Assembly: GCA_000008885.1 (NCBI GenBank) | Contig: BA000021.3 | Location: 330,001 to 362,000, forward strand | Source: Wigglesworthia glossinidia endosymbiont of Glossina brevipalpis | GTDB taxonomy: Bacteria; Pseudomonadota; Gammaproteobacteria; Enterobacterales; Enterobacteriaceae | Direction: 5' to 3' | Length of the DNA: 32,000 bases | Part shown: in pieces, positions 7,818-18,687 of the stretch | How positions within the stretch are numbered: position 1 is the first letter of the stretch | Layout of the letters: each line of letters begins with the position of its first letter | The notes under the pieces: generated by a model | The model's database searches: none | What the model was told of the DNA's origin: nothing | What the model saw: only the letters and a program-made list of their open reading frames with translations | Translations under genes and position numbers: made by a program

Positions 7818-8387
7818 ATGATAATTTATTATAGCGCAAATCAATCTAAATCTGGTTTAAAAATTTTATTAAAAAATGAACCATGTTTAATATTAGAAAA
7901 TCAATTTGTAAAACCAGGTAAAGGACAACCTTTTAATAGAATAAAAATAAAAAAATTAATTTCTGGAAAAATCTTTACTAAAATTTTTAAGTCTAATGAA
8001 AAATTAATATATGCTGATGTTTTAGATGTAAAAGTTAAATCTTTATATAAAGATAAAAAATATTGGAACTTTATAAAAAAGGAAAATTTTGAACAATTTA
8101 AGATTAGTAAAAAAAATCTAGGAGAAAAATATAAATGGATTATAGAACAATTAGAATGCATAGTTACTTTTTGGGATGAAAATCCTATAAATATTACTTT
8201 ACCAAGATTTGTAGATATTAAAGTATGTAATGCTAATTTTGATATAAAAGGAGATACAATAAAATCTGGAAATAAATATATAATACTAACAACAGGAGCT
8301 ATAATAAAAGCTCCTATTTTTATACGTTCTGAAGAAATTGTTAGAGTAGATACTAATCTAGGAGAATATGTTTCTAGAATAAAATAA
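7818..8387 (+). CDS. efp: Translation elongation factor P
   Basis: The 189-aa ORF is colinear with E. coli EF-P. It keeps the KPGKGQ.F loop with the modified Lys34, plus W.F...E.FEQ, A..K.P.F... and VDT..GEYVSR.K at the C-terminus. Confidence 0.93.
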   Translation: MIIYYSANQSKSGLKILLKNEPCLILENQFVKPGKGQPFNRIKIKKLISGKIFTKIFKSNEKLIYADVLDVKVKSLYKDKKYWNFIKKENFEQFKISKKNLGEKYKWIIEQLECIVTFWDENPINITLPRFVDIKVCNANFDIKGDTIKSGNKYIILTTGAIIKAPIFIRSEEIVRVDTNLGEYVSRIK

Positions 8388-8485
8388 ATTAATTAAATTT
8401 AAATAAATGTTTAAATTGATTTTTATCGAAAAATTTTTATTGTTGATTTATTAAAATTTTTTATATTTTAATCTTATTAGTCTAT

Positions 8486-10135
8486 ATGGAAAAACAAAAA
8501 AAAATAACATCCAATTTTATTTATAAAATTATACATAAAGATTTATTTATTAATAAATACAAATATATTCATACTAGATTTCCTCCAGAGCCTAATGGAT
8601 ATTTACATTTAGGTCATGCAAAATCTATTTGTTTAAATTTTAATTTAGCTAAGATTTTCAAGGGAAAATGTAATTTAAGATTTGATGATACTAATCCAAA
8701 TACAAAACATGAAAAATATATAAATAAAATTAAAAATGACATTTTATGGTTAGGATTTAAATGGGATGGAAAAACTCGTTATTCTTCGGATTATTTTGAT
8801 CAAATATATAATTTTGCTATAAAATTAATAAAAAAAAATTTAGCATACGTAGAAGAATTATCTTTAAAAGAAGTAAGAAAAAACAGAGGGTCTTTGACAA
8901 GAAAAGGAAAACAAAGCCCGTATAGAAATAGAAAAATAAAAGAAAATTTAATTTTGTTTGAAAAAATGAAAAATGGAGAATTCAAAGAAGGATCAGCTTG
9001 CTTAAGAGCAAAGATAAATATGCAATCTTCATGTGTTCTAATGAGAGATCCTATTTTGTATAGAATTAGATTTAAAAATCATCATCGTACAAAAAATAAA
9101 TGGTGTATTTATCCTACTTATGATTTTAGTCATTGCATTTCAGATTCTATTGAAAATATTACTCATTCTTTATGCACATTAGAATTTCAAGAAAATAAAA
9201 AATTATATAATTGGATTTTAAAAAAAGTTTCAACAGATTTTGTTCCTAAACAATATGAATTTTCTAGAATGAATTTAGAATATTCTATTATGTCAAAAAG
9301 AAAATTGAAAATTTTAATAGAAAAAAAATTAGTAAGTGGATGGAATGATCCTAGAATTCCAACATTAGCTGGAATAAGGAGAAGAGGATATACTGCCTCA
9401 TCTATTCGTGAATTCTGCAATAGAATTGGGATCACTAAACAAGAAAGTACTATTAGTGAATCTATGCTTGAGTTTTTCATAAAAAAAGAACTGAATTTTA
9501 ACTCATACAGATTAATGGCTGTAATAAATCCTCTGTTGTTAATAATAGAGAATTTTCCAGATGAATATGAAGAAAAAATAGAAATTTCTAATCATCCATA
9601 TAACAATATGGGGAAAAGAACAGTTATTTTTAACAAAAAAATATACATAGAACGTTCGGATTTTATGGAAAATCCAAAATTAGAATATAAAAGATTATCA
9701 TTAGGGAAAAAGGTAAAATTAAGAAATTCATATATTATAAAAGCAAACAGAATAGAAAAAAATAAACACGGATATATTACAAAAGTTTATTGTAATTATT
9801 ATTCAAATATAAAAAAAAATAATTATAAATTTTCAAAATTAGGAATTATACATTGGGTATCTGAAAAAAATAATATTCCAGCAGAATTTCGTTTTTACGA
9901 TAGATTGTTCACTCATCCTAATCCCGAAAAATTGGATAATTTTTTATCTTTTTTCAACAAAGATTCTTTAATAATTAAGCATGGTTTTATAGAAAAAAAT
10001 ATAAAAAAACACCACATAAACTATCCAGTTCAATTCGAAAGAATAGGATATTTTTTTGCAGATAAATTTAATTATAAAAAAGATTATCCAGTATTTAATT
10101 TAACTGCAAAATTATCTAGCTATTTAAATAGATAA
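8486..10135 (+). CDS. glnS: Glutaminyl-tRNA synthetase
   Basis: The 549-aa ORF has the class I HIGH motif (RFPPEPNGYLHLGHAKS) and the KMSKS-type motif (IMSKRKL). The GlnRS-specific stretches FDDTNP and YPTYDF.HC.SDS.E.ITHSLCTLEF are present. Confidence 0.95.
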   Translation: MEKQKKITSNFIYKIIHKDLFINKYKYIHTRFPPEPNGYLHLGHAKSICLNFNLAKIFKGKCNLRFDDTNPNTKHEKYINKIKNDILWLGFKWDGKTRYSSDYFDQIYNFAIKLIKKNLAYVEELSLKEVRKNRGSLTRKGKQSPYRNRKIKENLILFEKMKNGEFKEGSACLRAKINMQSSCVLMRDPILYRIRFKNHHRTKNKWCIYPTYDFSHCISDSIENITHSLCTLEFQENKKLYNWILKKVSTDFVPKQYEFSRMNLEYSIMSKRKLKILIEKKLVSGWNDPRIPTLAGIRRRGYTASSIREFCNRIGITKQESTISESMLEFFIKKELNFNSYRLMAVINPLLLIIENFPDEYEEKIEISNHPYNNMGKRTVIFNKKIYIERSDFMENPKLEYKRLSLGKKVKLRNSYIIKANRIEKNKHGYITKVYCNYYSNIKKNNYKFSKLGIIHWVSEKNNIPAEFRFYDRLFTHPNPEKLDNFLSFFNKDSLIIKHGFIEKNIKKHHINYPVQFERIGYFFADKFNYKKDYPVFNLTAKLSSYLNR

Positions 10136-10140
10136 ACAAA

Positions 10141-10647
10141 TTAATTTAAATTTCTAACAATTTTTCTTTTAATTTTTTTTTTAATATCTTTTATTACGCA
10201 TTCAGGAAGAAAATAGTCTAAGTTTCCTCCATAAAATATTATTTCTTTTATCATACTAGAAGACATATATGACCAATTTATATCTGATATCATAAATATG
10301 CTTTCCATTTCTGGATAAAGATATTTGTTTGTTTTTTCCATTATGAATTCATTTTCAAAATCAAAAATATTTCTTATACCTCTTATTAATATTTTAATAT
10401 TATTTTTTCTTGCAAAATTAGTAGTAAGATCATTTATTCCTATCACCTTTATATTTTTGTAATTTTTAGTAGCTTTTTTTATATGATGCATCCTTTCTTT
10501 CAAATTAAATAATTGATTTTTTTTAAAATTATTTGCTACTATTATTATTACTTTATCAAATACTTTTATAGATCTTTCTATTAAATTTATATGTCCATTG
10601 GTCAATGGATCGAACGTTCCAGGAAATATAGCTTTCTTATTTTTCAT
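10141..10647 (-). CDS. coaD: Phosphopantetheine adenylyltransferase
   Basis: The 168-aa ORF carries PGTFDP.TNGH, LIRG.R...DFE.E and SSS..KE. It lies immediately downstream of waaA on the same strand, as in the E. coli waaA-coaD (kdtA-kdtB) arrangement. Confidence 0.93.
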   Translation of the reverse strand: MKNKKAIFPGTFDPLTNGHINLIERSIKVFDKVIIIVANNFKKNQLFNLKERMHHIKKATKNYKNIKVIGINDLTTNFARKNNIKILIRGIRNIFDFENEFIMEKTNKYLYPEMESIFMISDINWSYMSSSMIKEIIFYGGNLDYFLPECVIKDIKKKIKRKIVRNLN

Positions 10648-10731
10648 AAATATCCTTAATTTATTTAAAATTAATATATTTTATAAATTTAAAATATTTA
10701 ATAAAAAAATCAATTATTAATAATAATATAT

Positions 10732-12015
10732 TTATTTATTTTTTTTTAAAATTTTTTTTATCAAATTAATAAGATTATTCAACGATCCTGTATTTTTTTT
10801 GCATACTGAAAATGCTCTTATTCCGTAATCTTTTCTTATATCTTTATTGTTTAAAAGTATTGTTATCCAAGATATTAAAGAAATTTTATCATTAACAATA
10901 ATTAAAGAATTGTTTTTTCTTAGTTTCATGTTTATTTCATAAAAATTTTTAACATAAGGTCCAGTAATTATTGGTAATTTGTTTATTGCAGCTTCTAATG
11001 GATTATGTCCTCCATAATTTAACAAGCTTCCTCCTATAAATGATATATCTGAAATTTTATAAAACATCATTAATTCTCCAATAGAATCACCTAAAATTAT
11101 TTGAGTATTTTTTGATGGTGTTTTTTTACTGCTGCGTGTAATAAAATTAAATTTAAATTTTTTAATAATTTTAATAACTTTTTTAAATCTTTCTTCATGT
11201 CTAGGCACTATTATCAATAATAAATTAGGAAAATTTTTTAATAAATATTTATGAACAGATAAAATTATATTTTCTTCTTTGTAATGAGTGCTAGAAGCTA
11301 TCCATATAGGCCTAGATTTTTCCCAATTTATAAATAATTTTTTTTTATATTTAATTTTGTTAAAATTTAAAACATCAAACTTTATATTTCCAATAATTTT
11401 TAACTTTTTCCTTTCCAATCCTAAATCTAAAAATCTCATGCCATCTTCTTTATTATTAGAAGCTACTATATTTATAAAATTCAAAATTTCAGAAAAAAAC
11501 TTTTTTGCTTTTTTATATTTATTTGCAGAAGATTTAGATAATCTAGCATTAGCTATTATAATTGGAATTTTTTTATTATTAATTTCGTTTATAAAATTTG
11601 GCCATATTTCTCTTTCTATTATTATTACCAATTGTGGATTAGTATGATATAAAAATCTTTTAACAGAACCTATTGTGTCATATGGAAAATAAGAATAATA
11701 TACTATTTTAGAAAGTTCTTTTTTTATATATTTCATTCCACTAATTGTGGTTGTAGTAAGCAGTATTGATAAATTTGGATATATTTTTTTTAATATTATT
11801 ATTAATAATAGAATTGATTTTATTTCTCCAATAGATACTGCATGTATTATTATGCAATTTTTAGGTAATTTTTTTTTGAAAAATCCATATTTTTCATAAA
11901 ATTTTTTAAAATAAAATAAATTTTTTATTCCTTTAAAAAATAATTTTATCAAAAAAATTGGTTGTAATAAATAAACGATAATATTATATAATATATATAA
12001 TTTTTTATTAATCAT
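10732..12015 (-). CDS. waaA: 3-deoxy-D-manno-octulosonic acid (Kdo) transferase
   Basis: The 427-aa ORF has an N-terminal membrane anchor, HA.S.GE near the N-terminus, VPRH.ERF, GGS....GGHN.LE and a glycosyltransferase C-terminal half. Synteny with coaD supports the call. Confidence 0.88.
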   Translation of the reverse strand: MINKKLYILYNIIVYLLQPIFLIKLFFKGIKNLFYFKKFYEKYGFFKKKLPKNCIIIHAVSIGEIKSILLLIIILKKIYPNLSILLTTTTISGMKYIKKELSKIVYYSYFPYDTIGSVKRFLYHTNPQLVIIIEREIWPNFINEINNKKIPIIIANARLSKSSANKYKKAKKFFSEILNFINIVASNNKEDGMRFLDLGLERKKLKIIGNIKFDVLNFNKIKYKKKLFINWEKSRPIWIASSTHYKEENIILSVHKYLLKNFPNLLLIIVPRHEERFKKVIKIIKKFKFNFITRSSKKTPSKNTQIILGDSIGELMMFYKISDISFIGGSLLNYGGHNPLEAAINKLPIITGPYVKNFYEINMKLRKNNSLIIVNDKISLISWITILLNNKDIRKDYGIRAFSVCKKNTGSLNNLINLIKKILKKNK

Positions 12016-12122
12016 AAATATATATTTTAAATGAAATAAATGATTTTAATCTTAAATTTTTCACAATTATAATATAAAATTATAAATTAAAAAATTACTT
12101 TAATAAAATTAAATTATAAAAT

Positions 12123-13301
12123 ATGGTTACTATAAATACAGCATTGTGCAAAAATTCTACTAGAGTTATGATTCTTGGATCTGGAGAATTAGGAAAAGAA
12201 ATTGCAATAGAATGTCAAAGATTAGGAATAGAAGTAATTTCTGTAGATAGTTATTCAAATGCTCCAGCAATGCATGTCTCACATAGGCATCACGTAATTG
12301 ATATGCTAAATCCTAAAGAGATAAAAAGATGCATAAATCTTGAACATCCAGATTTTATAGTTCCAGAAATTGAAGCTATTTCTACAAATGCATTAATAGA
12401 ATTAGAAAAAAATGGATATAATATAGTGCCTTCTGCAAAAACAATCCATATTACAATGAATAGAAAATTAATTAGAGTTTTAGTTTCAAAAAAATTAAAC
12501 ATACTAACATCTGAATATCAGTTCGCTTCTAGTTTTGACGAATTAAAAATTAAAACTAAAGTTATTGGTTATCCGTGTTTAATTAAACCAATAATGAGTT
12601 CTTCTGGCAAAGGACAAAGTGTGATTTACAATGAAAAAGAACTAAGACATTCATGGGAAAAATCACAAACTTATGGAAGAACAAGTTTAGGCGAAGTGAT
12701 TATAGAAAAAATAATACCTTTTGATTTTGAAATTACATTACTTGTAGTAAATTCTGTAGATGGAATGCATTTTTGTTTGCCGATTGGACATAGACAAGAA
12801 AAAGGCGACTACCAAGAATCTTGGCAACCACATAAAATGGATAATGTTATTTTTGAAAAAGCTAAAAAAATATCTAAAAAAATAGTTTCTTATTTAGGAG
12901 GATATGGAATATTTGGAGTTGAATTCTTTATTTATAAAGATAAGGTAATATTTAGTGAAATTTCTCCTAGGCCTCATGATACAGGAATGGTTACATTGAT
13001 TTCTCAGAATTTATCAGAATTTGCTTTACACGTGAGATCTTTTTTAAAACTACCAATAGGTAAAATTCGTCAATATGGTCCATCTTCTTCAGTCGTTATA
13101 TGTGGAAATGAATTATATGGAAACAAAATAAGTTTTAGCAATATTGAATGCATTAATACAAATCAACAAATTAGAATATTTTCTAAGCCTAATATCAAAG
13201 GGTATAGAAGACTTGGAGTTATACTAGATCAGGACGAAACAATAGAAAGATCTTTAAGAAAAGCTAAAAAAACTGCTAGTAAAATTTTAATTAAAACTTA
13301 A
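12123..13301 (+). CDS. purT: Formate-dependent phosphoribosylglycinamide formyltransferase (GAR transformylase 2)
   Basis: The 392-aa ORF is colinear with E. coli PurT: TRVM.LGSGELGKE.AIECQRLG.EVI.VD.Y..APAMHV, GYPC..KP.MSSSGKGQ, FDFEITLL, HRQE.GDY.ESWQP, FSE.SPRPHDTGMVTLISQ.LSEFALHVR and RRLGV. Confidence 0.93.
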   Translation: MVTINTALCKNSTRVMILGSGELGKEIAIECQRLGIEVISVDSYSNAPAMHVSHRHHVIDMLNPKEIKRCINLEHPDFIVPEIEAISTNALIELEKNGYNIVPSAKTIHITMNRKLIRVLVSKKLNILTSEYQFASSFDELKIKTKVIGYPCLIKPIMSSSGKGQSVIYNEKELRHSWEKSQTYGRTSLGEVIIEKIIPFDFEITLLVVNSVDGMHFCLPIGHRQEKGDYQESWQPHKMDNVIFEKAKKISKKIVSYLGGYGIFGVEFFIYKDKVIFSEISPRPHDTGMVTLISQNLSEFALHVRSFLKLPIGKIRQYGPSSSVVICGNELYGNKISFSNIECINTNQQIRIFSKPNIKGYRRLGVILDQDETIERSLRKAKKTASKILIKT

Positions 13302-13314
13302 AATAGAATATAGA

Positions 13315-14262
13315 TTATTTTATTTTAAGAATAAGTTTTTTTGGAATCATAAACTTTGTTTTTTCTATATCTCCATCAACTTGATAAATATTTACAGAAT
13401 TTTTATAAAAAATTTTTAGATAATTGACTACCTGTTGAACTAAAATTTCTGGAGCTGAAGCTCCAGCCGTTATTCCAATATTATTTACTCCATTTAACCA
13501 AGATTTTTTAATTTCTTTATATGTATCTATTAGATAAGATTTTTTTCCAGATTTGTTTGCTATTTCAAATAATCTATTAGAATTTGAAGAATTTTTAGAT
13601 CCAATTATAAATATAATATCCACTAATTTTATAATTTTTTTTATTGATTTTTGTCTATTCTCTGTTGCATAACATATATCTTTTTTACGAGGTTCTATAA
13701 TGTAAGGATATTTTTTTTTTATAGCAAAAATAATTTTATTAGTATCATCTACAGATAATGTAGTTTGTGTGAAATAAAATAAATTATTAGGGTCTTTTAT
13801 TTTTAATTTACAAATTTCTTCTATAGATTGAATTACAAAAACTTTTTTATTAGGATTATTATATTGCCCTATTGTCCCAATTATTTCTGGATGATTTTTA
13901 TGACCTATTATAATTACCTCTGATCTTAATTTGCTAGCTCGTTTTATTTCATGGTGAACTTTGCTTACTAATGGACAAGTAGCATCAAAAATAATTAATT
14001 TACGTTTATTTGCTTCTTTTAAAATGCTTTTTGAAACCCCATGAGCCGAAAAAATTAAAATTGATTTTTCTGGAACATCACATATTTTTTTAACAAAAAT
14101 AGATCCTATTTTTTTTAAAGAATTTACTACATATTTATTATGTACAACTTCATTATATACATATATTGGAGGTCCATATATTTCTATTGCGTTTTTTACA
14201 ATATTAATAGCTCGATCTACTCCTGCACAAAAACCTCTTGGATTGGCCAAAAAAATGTTCAT
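13315..14262 (-). CDS. ispH: 4-hydroxy-3-methylbut-2-enyl diphosphate reductase
   Basis: The 315-aa ORF shows LANPRGFCAGVDRAI, SAHGVS, DATCPLV.KVH and DICYAT.NRQ, giving the three Fe-S cysteines, plus SSNSNRL. It is the last gene of the ribF-ileS-lspA-ispH block. Confidence 0.93.
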   Translation of the reverse strand: MNIFLANPRGFCAGVDRAINIVKNAIEIYGPPIYVYNEVVHNKYVVNSLKKIGSIFVKKICDVPEKSILIFSAHGVSKSILKEANKRKLIIFDATCPLVSKVHHEIKRASKLRSEVIIIGHKNHPEIIGTIGQYNNPNKKVFVIQSIEEICKLKIKDPNNLFYFTQTTLSVDDTNKIIFAIKKKYPYIIEPRKKDICYATENRQKSIKKIIKLVDIIFIIGSKNSSNSNRLFEIANKSGKKSYLIDTYKEIKKSWLNGVNNIGITAGASAPEILVQQVVNYLKIFYKNSVNIYQVDGDIEKTKFMIPKKLILKIK

Positions 14263-14273
14263 AATTTTATAAT

Positions 14274-14735
14274 CTATGTATTAACAATAAATATTTTTTT
14301 ATTATATATTAGTATTAAAAACCCAATAAAAATACTAATATCTGCAAAATTAAAAACTGGAAAATGCCATTTATAAATATAAATGTCAATAAAATCTATA
14401 ACTGAACCATAAAAAATTCTATCAAATATATTTCCAAAAGAACCTCCTATGATAATACTGTATCCTAAATTAGATAATAAATCTTTACATAAATTTTTCA
14501 TATAAAATATAAATAATAAAATAAAAATAGAAATAACAATTATTAATATTCTTATTAAATTGGAGTAACTTTGAAAAAGTCCAAGAGCTATACCATAATT
14601 TCTTATATAAGTAATTTTAATCATAGGAAAGATTTTTATCGAATCAAAAATCTCATAATTATTTAATATCCACTTTTTAGTAAAAAAATCTATTAAAAAT
14701 ATAGATATTATTATTAAATTGCTTTTTGTTTTCAT
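14274..14735 (-). CDS. lspA: Lipoprotein signal peptidase (signal peptidase II)
   Basis: The 153-aa ORF has four hydrophobic segments and carries RNYG.A, IIGG..GN.FDR and W..FN.AD motifs. It lies between ileS and ispH, as in E. coli. Confidence 0.87.
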   Translation of the reverse strand: MKTKSNLIIISIFLIDFFTKKWILNNYEIFDSIKIFPMIKITYIRNYGIALGLFQSYSNLIRILIIVISIFILLFIFYMKNLCKDLLSNLGYSIIIGGSFGNIFDRIFYGSVIDFIDIYIYKWHFPVFNFADISIFIGFLILIYNKKIFIVNT

Positions 14736-14753
14736 ATTATTATAATAAATAAA

Positions 14754-17576
14754 TTAAAAATATTTTCTTTTTTCTTCTACTCCATTTATATTATTTATAC
14801 AACGATTGCAAATTTTATTATATTTAACGTCATTTACTATATCATTAGTATAGTTCCAACATCTTAAGCATTTTTTTCCATCAAATTTTTCTGCTAAAAT
14901 TTTTAAATTTTTTATTGATTTAGATTTAAAAGCATTTTCTTTTGAATTTTCATATTTTTTTATTGATACATAAGATACTAAAAAAGCAAAATTTAGTTCT
15001 TTTTTTAATAAAATTAATTCTTCAAATATAAAAGATTCAGCGTATAAAGTAATTTTTAATTCTAAAGAACTTTTTATTTTATCTTCTAATTTTTTAATTT
15101 CAATAATTTTGTTAATTTCATTTTTAATTTTAATTAAAATTTTCCATAAACTTTTACTTATATAACTATTAATATTTTCACATGGAATTTCTTTCACCCA
15201 TTCAGACAAAAAAACATACTTTTCTCTTTTTCCAGGAATGTATTTCCATATTTCATGAGATGTAAAAGACAAAATAGGCATTATCCAACGAACAAGACAC
15301 TCTATTATATATAGAATAGCAGTTTGACAACTTCTTCTAGCAAGACTATCGATATAATTTGTATATTGACGGTCTTTTATAATATCAAGATAAAATGAAC
15401 CCATGTCTAAAGAGCAAAAATCAACAATATTACTTACAACTTTATGGAAGTTATATTCTTCGTATGCATTTTTAATTTTTTTTTGTCTATTATTAGTCTT
15501 AATAATCGCCCATTGATCTATGCTTAACATGTTTTCTAAATTAATAGAATTAAATTCTGGATTAAAATCATTTAAATTAGATAATAAAAAACGAGAAGTA
15601 TTTCTAATTCTACGATATATATCAACAGTACGAAGTAGTATTTCTTTTGAAATGCTAATATCTGATTTATAATCAGAAGATGCTACCCATAATCGGAGTA
15701 TATCAGCTCCAAATTCATTTATAATATCTTTAGGACTGATTACGTTTCCAATTGATTTAGACATTTTTTTACCATTGGAATCCACTACAAATCCATGAGC
15801 TAAAATTTTTTTACATGGTATTCCTCCAGTAATAGCAATAGATAATATTATAGAAGACATAAACCAACCTCTATATTGATCTGATCCTTCTAGATATAAA
15901 TCTACTTTATTTTTATTCAATGAATTCCATTTTTTTATTAATATAGAATAATATGTAGATCCTGAATCAAACCATACATCTAATGTATCTAATACTTTTT
16001 TATATTTATCACTATCCTTATCTAAAATTTCAGATTTATTTATATCCCACCATGCTTGTACTCCTTTTTTTTCTATTTTTTTAGAAACTTTTTCTATTAA
16101 TTCTACTGTATTAGGGTGTATTTCTTTGTTTTTTTTATTGATAAAAACAGCAATTGGAACTCCCCAAACTCTTTGTCTAGAAATGCACCAATCCGGACGA
16201 TTTGACAACAAATCTATAATTTGATTCATTCCCCATTTCGGAATCCATAAAATTTTTTTTATTTCTGATATTGTTTTATTCCTTAAATTATTATTATCTA
16301 TATTAAAAAACCATTGATTTGTAGCTCTAAAAAAAGTTGGAGATTTATGTCTCCAACAATGAGGATATGAATGATTGATAATTTTTTTGCTATATAGAGA
16401 ATGATTATTTTTTAATAAATTTAATACAACTTCTTCTGATTTAAAAATGTTTAATCCATCTAATCCTGGAAAAGTTCCAGGCAAATAATTTCCATTTGAA
16501 TCAATAGGATCATACATATTTAATTTATATTTTTTTCCTATAATATAATCTTCTTCTCCATAATTTGGAGCAACATGAACTATTCCAGAGCCAGATTTAA
16601 AATCAACATACTCATTAAGTATCATAGGAACATGTATTTTATTTAAAGGATGTTTAAAATATAAAAATTTTAATTTTTTCCCATATACACTGCCTAGTAT
16701 TTTTGATTTTTTTATATTTAATCTAGCCAATGTTTTATCCAGCAAAGATTCTGCAATAATAAATATTTCTTTATTGCATTTTACTAATAAATAAATAAAA
16801 TTAGGATTAACAGAAATTGCACGATTTGCTATAATAGTCCATGGAGTAGTAGTCCAAATTATAGCTTTTATTTTATCAAATTTTTTTTCTGAGTTAAATA
16901 TCTTTAAAATTTTATTATTGTCACAAGCAGAAAATGATACGTCAATAGAGTTAGATTCTTTTATATTATAATCTATCTCTGAATCTGATAAAGAGGATTT
17001 ACAATCAATACACCAATTAATAGGTTTAATTCCCCTATATAAATATTTTTTCTTAATTAAATTTTTAAATGTACGTAATATATTTGCTTCTGTATGAAAA
17101 TCCATTGTTAAATATGGATTATTCCAATCTCCTATTACTCCTAATCTAATAAATTCTTTTTTTTGTTTATTTACTTGATCTAATGCATAATTACGACATT
17201 TTTCTCTAAAAATTTTATGATTTATTTTGTTTATATTTTGATTAATTTTTTTTTCAACTTGAAGTTCTATAGGCAATCCATGACAATCCCATCCTGGCAT
17301 ATATGGTGCGTCAAATCCAAATAAAGATTTAAATTTAATGATTATATCTTTTAAAATTTTATTAACCGCATGTCCAATATGAATGTCTCCATTTGCATAG
17401 GGAGGTCCATCATGTAAAAAAAAAGTTTTTTTTCCTTTTTTATTTTCTCTGATAATGCTATATAAATTGTTTTTTTTCCAGCATTCTAAAATTTTTAATT
17501 CAGAAATCAATAAATTAGCCTTCATGGGGAATTTAGTTTTAGGTAAATTCAATGTATTTTTATAATCATTCATCAA
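14754..17576 (-). CDS. ileS: Isoleucyl-tRNA synthetase
   Basis: The 940-aa ORF begins M.DYK.TLNLP.T.FPM. It has the HIGH motif (PPYANGDIHIGHAVNK), KMSKS (KKMSKSIGN) and a C-terminal CxxC...CxxC zinc knuckle. The first 11 nt overlap the 3' end of ribF. Confidence 0.97.
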   Translation of the reverse strand: MMNDYKNTLNLPKTKFPMKANLLISELKILECWKKNNLYSIIRENKKGKKTFFLHDGPPYANGDIHIGHAVNKILKDIIIKFKSLFGFDAPYMPGWDCHGLPIELQVEKKINQNINKINHKIFREKCRNYALDQVNKQKKEFIRLGVIGDWNNPYLTMDFHTEANILRTFKNLIKKKYLYRGIKPINWCIDCKSSLSDSEIDYNIKESNSIDVSFSACDNNKILKIFNSEKKFDKIKAIIWTTTPWTIIANRAISVNPNFIYLLVKCNKEIFIIAESLLDKTLARLNIKKSKILGSVYGKKLKFLYFKHPLNKIHVPMILNEYVDFKSGSGIVHVAPNYGEEDYIIGKKYKLNMYDPIDSNGNYLPGTFPGLDGLNIFKSEEVVLNLLKNNHSLYSKKIINHSYPHCWRHKSPTFFRATNQWFFNIDNNNLRNKTISEIKKILWIPKWGMNQIIDLLSNRPDWCISRQRVWGVPIAVFINKKNKEIHPNTVELIEKVSKKIEKKGVQAWWDINKSEILDKDSDKYKKVLDTLDVWFDSGSTYYSILIKKWNSLNKNKVDLYLEGSDQYRGWFMSSIILSIAITGGIPCKKILAHGFVVDSNGKKMSKSIGNVISPKDIINEFGADILRLWVASSDYKSDISISKEILLRTVDIYRRIRNTSRFLLSNLNDFNPEFNSINLENMLSIDQWAIIKTNNRQKKIKNAYEEYNFHKVVSNIVDFCSLDMGSFYLDIIKDRQYTNYIDSLARRSCQTAILYIIECLVRWIMPILSFTSHEIWKYIPGKREKYVFLSEWVKEIPCENINSYISKSLWKILIKIKNEINKIIEIKKLEDKIKSSLELKITLYAESFIFEELILLKKELNFAFLVSYVSIKKYENSKENAFKSKSIKNLKILAEKFDGKKCLRCWNYTNDIVNDVKYNKICNRCINNINGVEEKRKYF

Positions 17577-18528
17577 AAAATTTCCTTTTATTTTTTAAAT
17601 AAACAAAATAATCATTTACTTTATTAATATCATATAATATCTGATTTTTTAAATCAAAAGTAGATCTAAAAAACCTCTCTTCTCTTATTTTTTTTCTTAT
17701 TATTATTTCAATGTGACAAGAATAAAAATTTCCAGACTTATTTAATAAATGAACTTCTACTTTCTGATTTAATCCAAAGAAAGTTGGCCTTGTTCCTATA
17801 TTAGCTATTCCATAAATTATTTTTTTTGTAATACCGTTAACTTCTACGGCATATACTCCATTAATAGGAAATTTTATATTTTTAGAAGATATATTTATAG
17901 TTGGAAATCCAATTAATCTACCTATAGCTTTTCCACAAACAACTCTACCAGAAATAGAATATTCATGACCTAAAAATTTTATTGCTTTTTCTAATTTATT
18001 ATTTTTAAGAGCATTTCTTATTGCAGTACTGCTAATTTTTTCACTATCAATTTCTAGAGTTTTTACTTCTAATACGTTAAAACCTAATTTTTTTCCACTA
18101 TTTTTTAATAATTTAACATCCCCGTATGCTTTATATCCAAATCTAAAGTCTTTTCCAATAATTATGCATTTCATGTTTAAAGATTTAATTAAAAAGTTTT
18201 TTATAAAATCTTTTGCATTTAACATTAAAAAATTTTTATTAAAATTGATACATAATACTTGTTTAATTCCCATTTTTTTGAAGTATTTTATTTTATCACG
18301 CAAACCTGTTATCCTTGATGGAGAATTTTTGTTAATAAATTCTTTTGGTTGAGGCTCAAAAATAACGACAATCATAGGCAAATTACGTTTTAAACTTTCA
18401 TTTTTTAATTTACTAATTATTTTTTGATGTCCTAAATGGACTCCATCAAAATTTCCAATTGTAATTACGCATCCATTTATATATTGTTTTTTTAAATTAA
18501 ATATATTTCTAATATGTTTAAATTTCAT
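17566..18528 (-). CDS. ribF: Bifunctional riboflavin kinase / FMN adenylyltransferase
   Basis: The 320-aa ORF contains GC.ITIGNFDGVHLGHQ, IV.FEPQP.EF, SST.IR and G.RPT....... VE.H. It is upstream of ileS, as in E. coli. Confidence 0.92.
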   Translation of the reverse strand: MKFKHIRNIFNLKKQYINGCVITIGNFDGVHLGHQKIISKLKNESLKRNLPMIVVIFEPQPKEFINKNSPSRITGLRDKIKYFKKMGIKQVLCINFNKNFLMLNAKDFIKNFLIKSLNMKCIIIGKDFRFGYKAYGDVKLLKNSGKKLGFNVLEVKTLEIDSEKISSTAIRNALKNNKLEKAIKFLGHEYSISGRVVCGKAIGRLIGFPTINISSKNIKFPINGVYAVEVNGITKKIIYGIANIGTRPTFFGLNQKVEVHLLNKSGNFYSCHIEIIIRKKIREERFFRSTFDLKNQILYDINKVNDYFVYLKNKRKFFDE

Positions 18529-18687
18529 ATATTAATACTAATATAAAATATAAATTTTGCAAATTCTTAAAAATTTATTAAAATAAATAAATAAAATTTA
18601 ATAAATTGTTATTTTTTATTTAAAAATTTTTAATTTATTGTTAATATATTTATAATTTATTGGATTTTTAAATTTCAGGAGGTATAC

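Noticed and set aside
7901-8161. 86-aa ORF on the minus strand
   Set aside because: It is antisense inside efp and has no motifs.
8800-9480. Two minus-strand ORFs (61 aa at 8800-8985 and 97 aa at 9187-9480)
   Set aside because: Both are antisense inside glnS, which is confidently called on the plus strand.
11288-11647. 119-aa ORF on the plus strand
   Set aside because: It is antisense inside waaA. The Phe/Leu/Ile-rich shadow frame has no start-site support.
12290-12502. 70-aa ORF on the minus strand
   Set aside because: It is antisense inside purT.
14140-14376. 78-aa ORF on the plus strand
   Set aside because: It runs antisense across the ispH 5' end and the lspA 3' end, and both of those genes are confidently called.
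18164-18352. 62-aa ORF on the plus strand
   Set aside because: It is antisense inside ribF.
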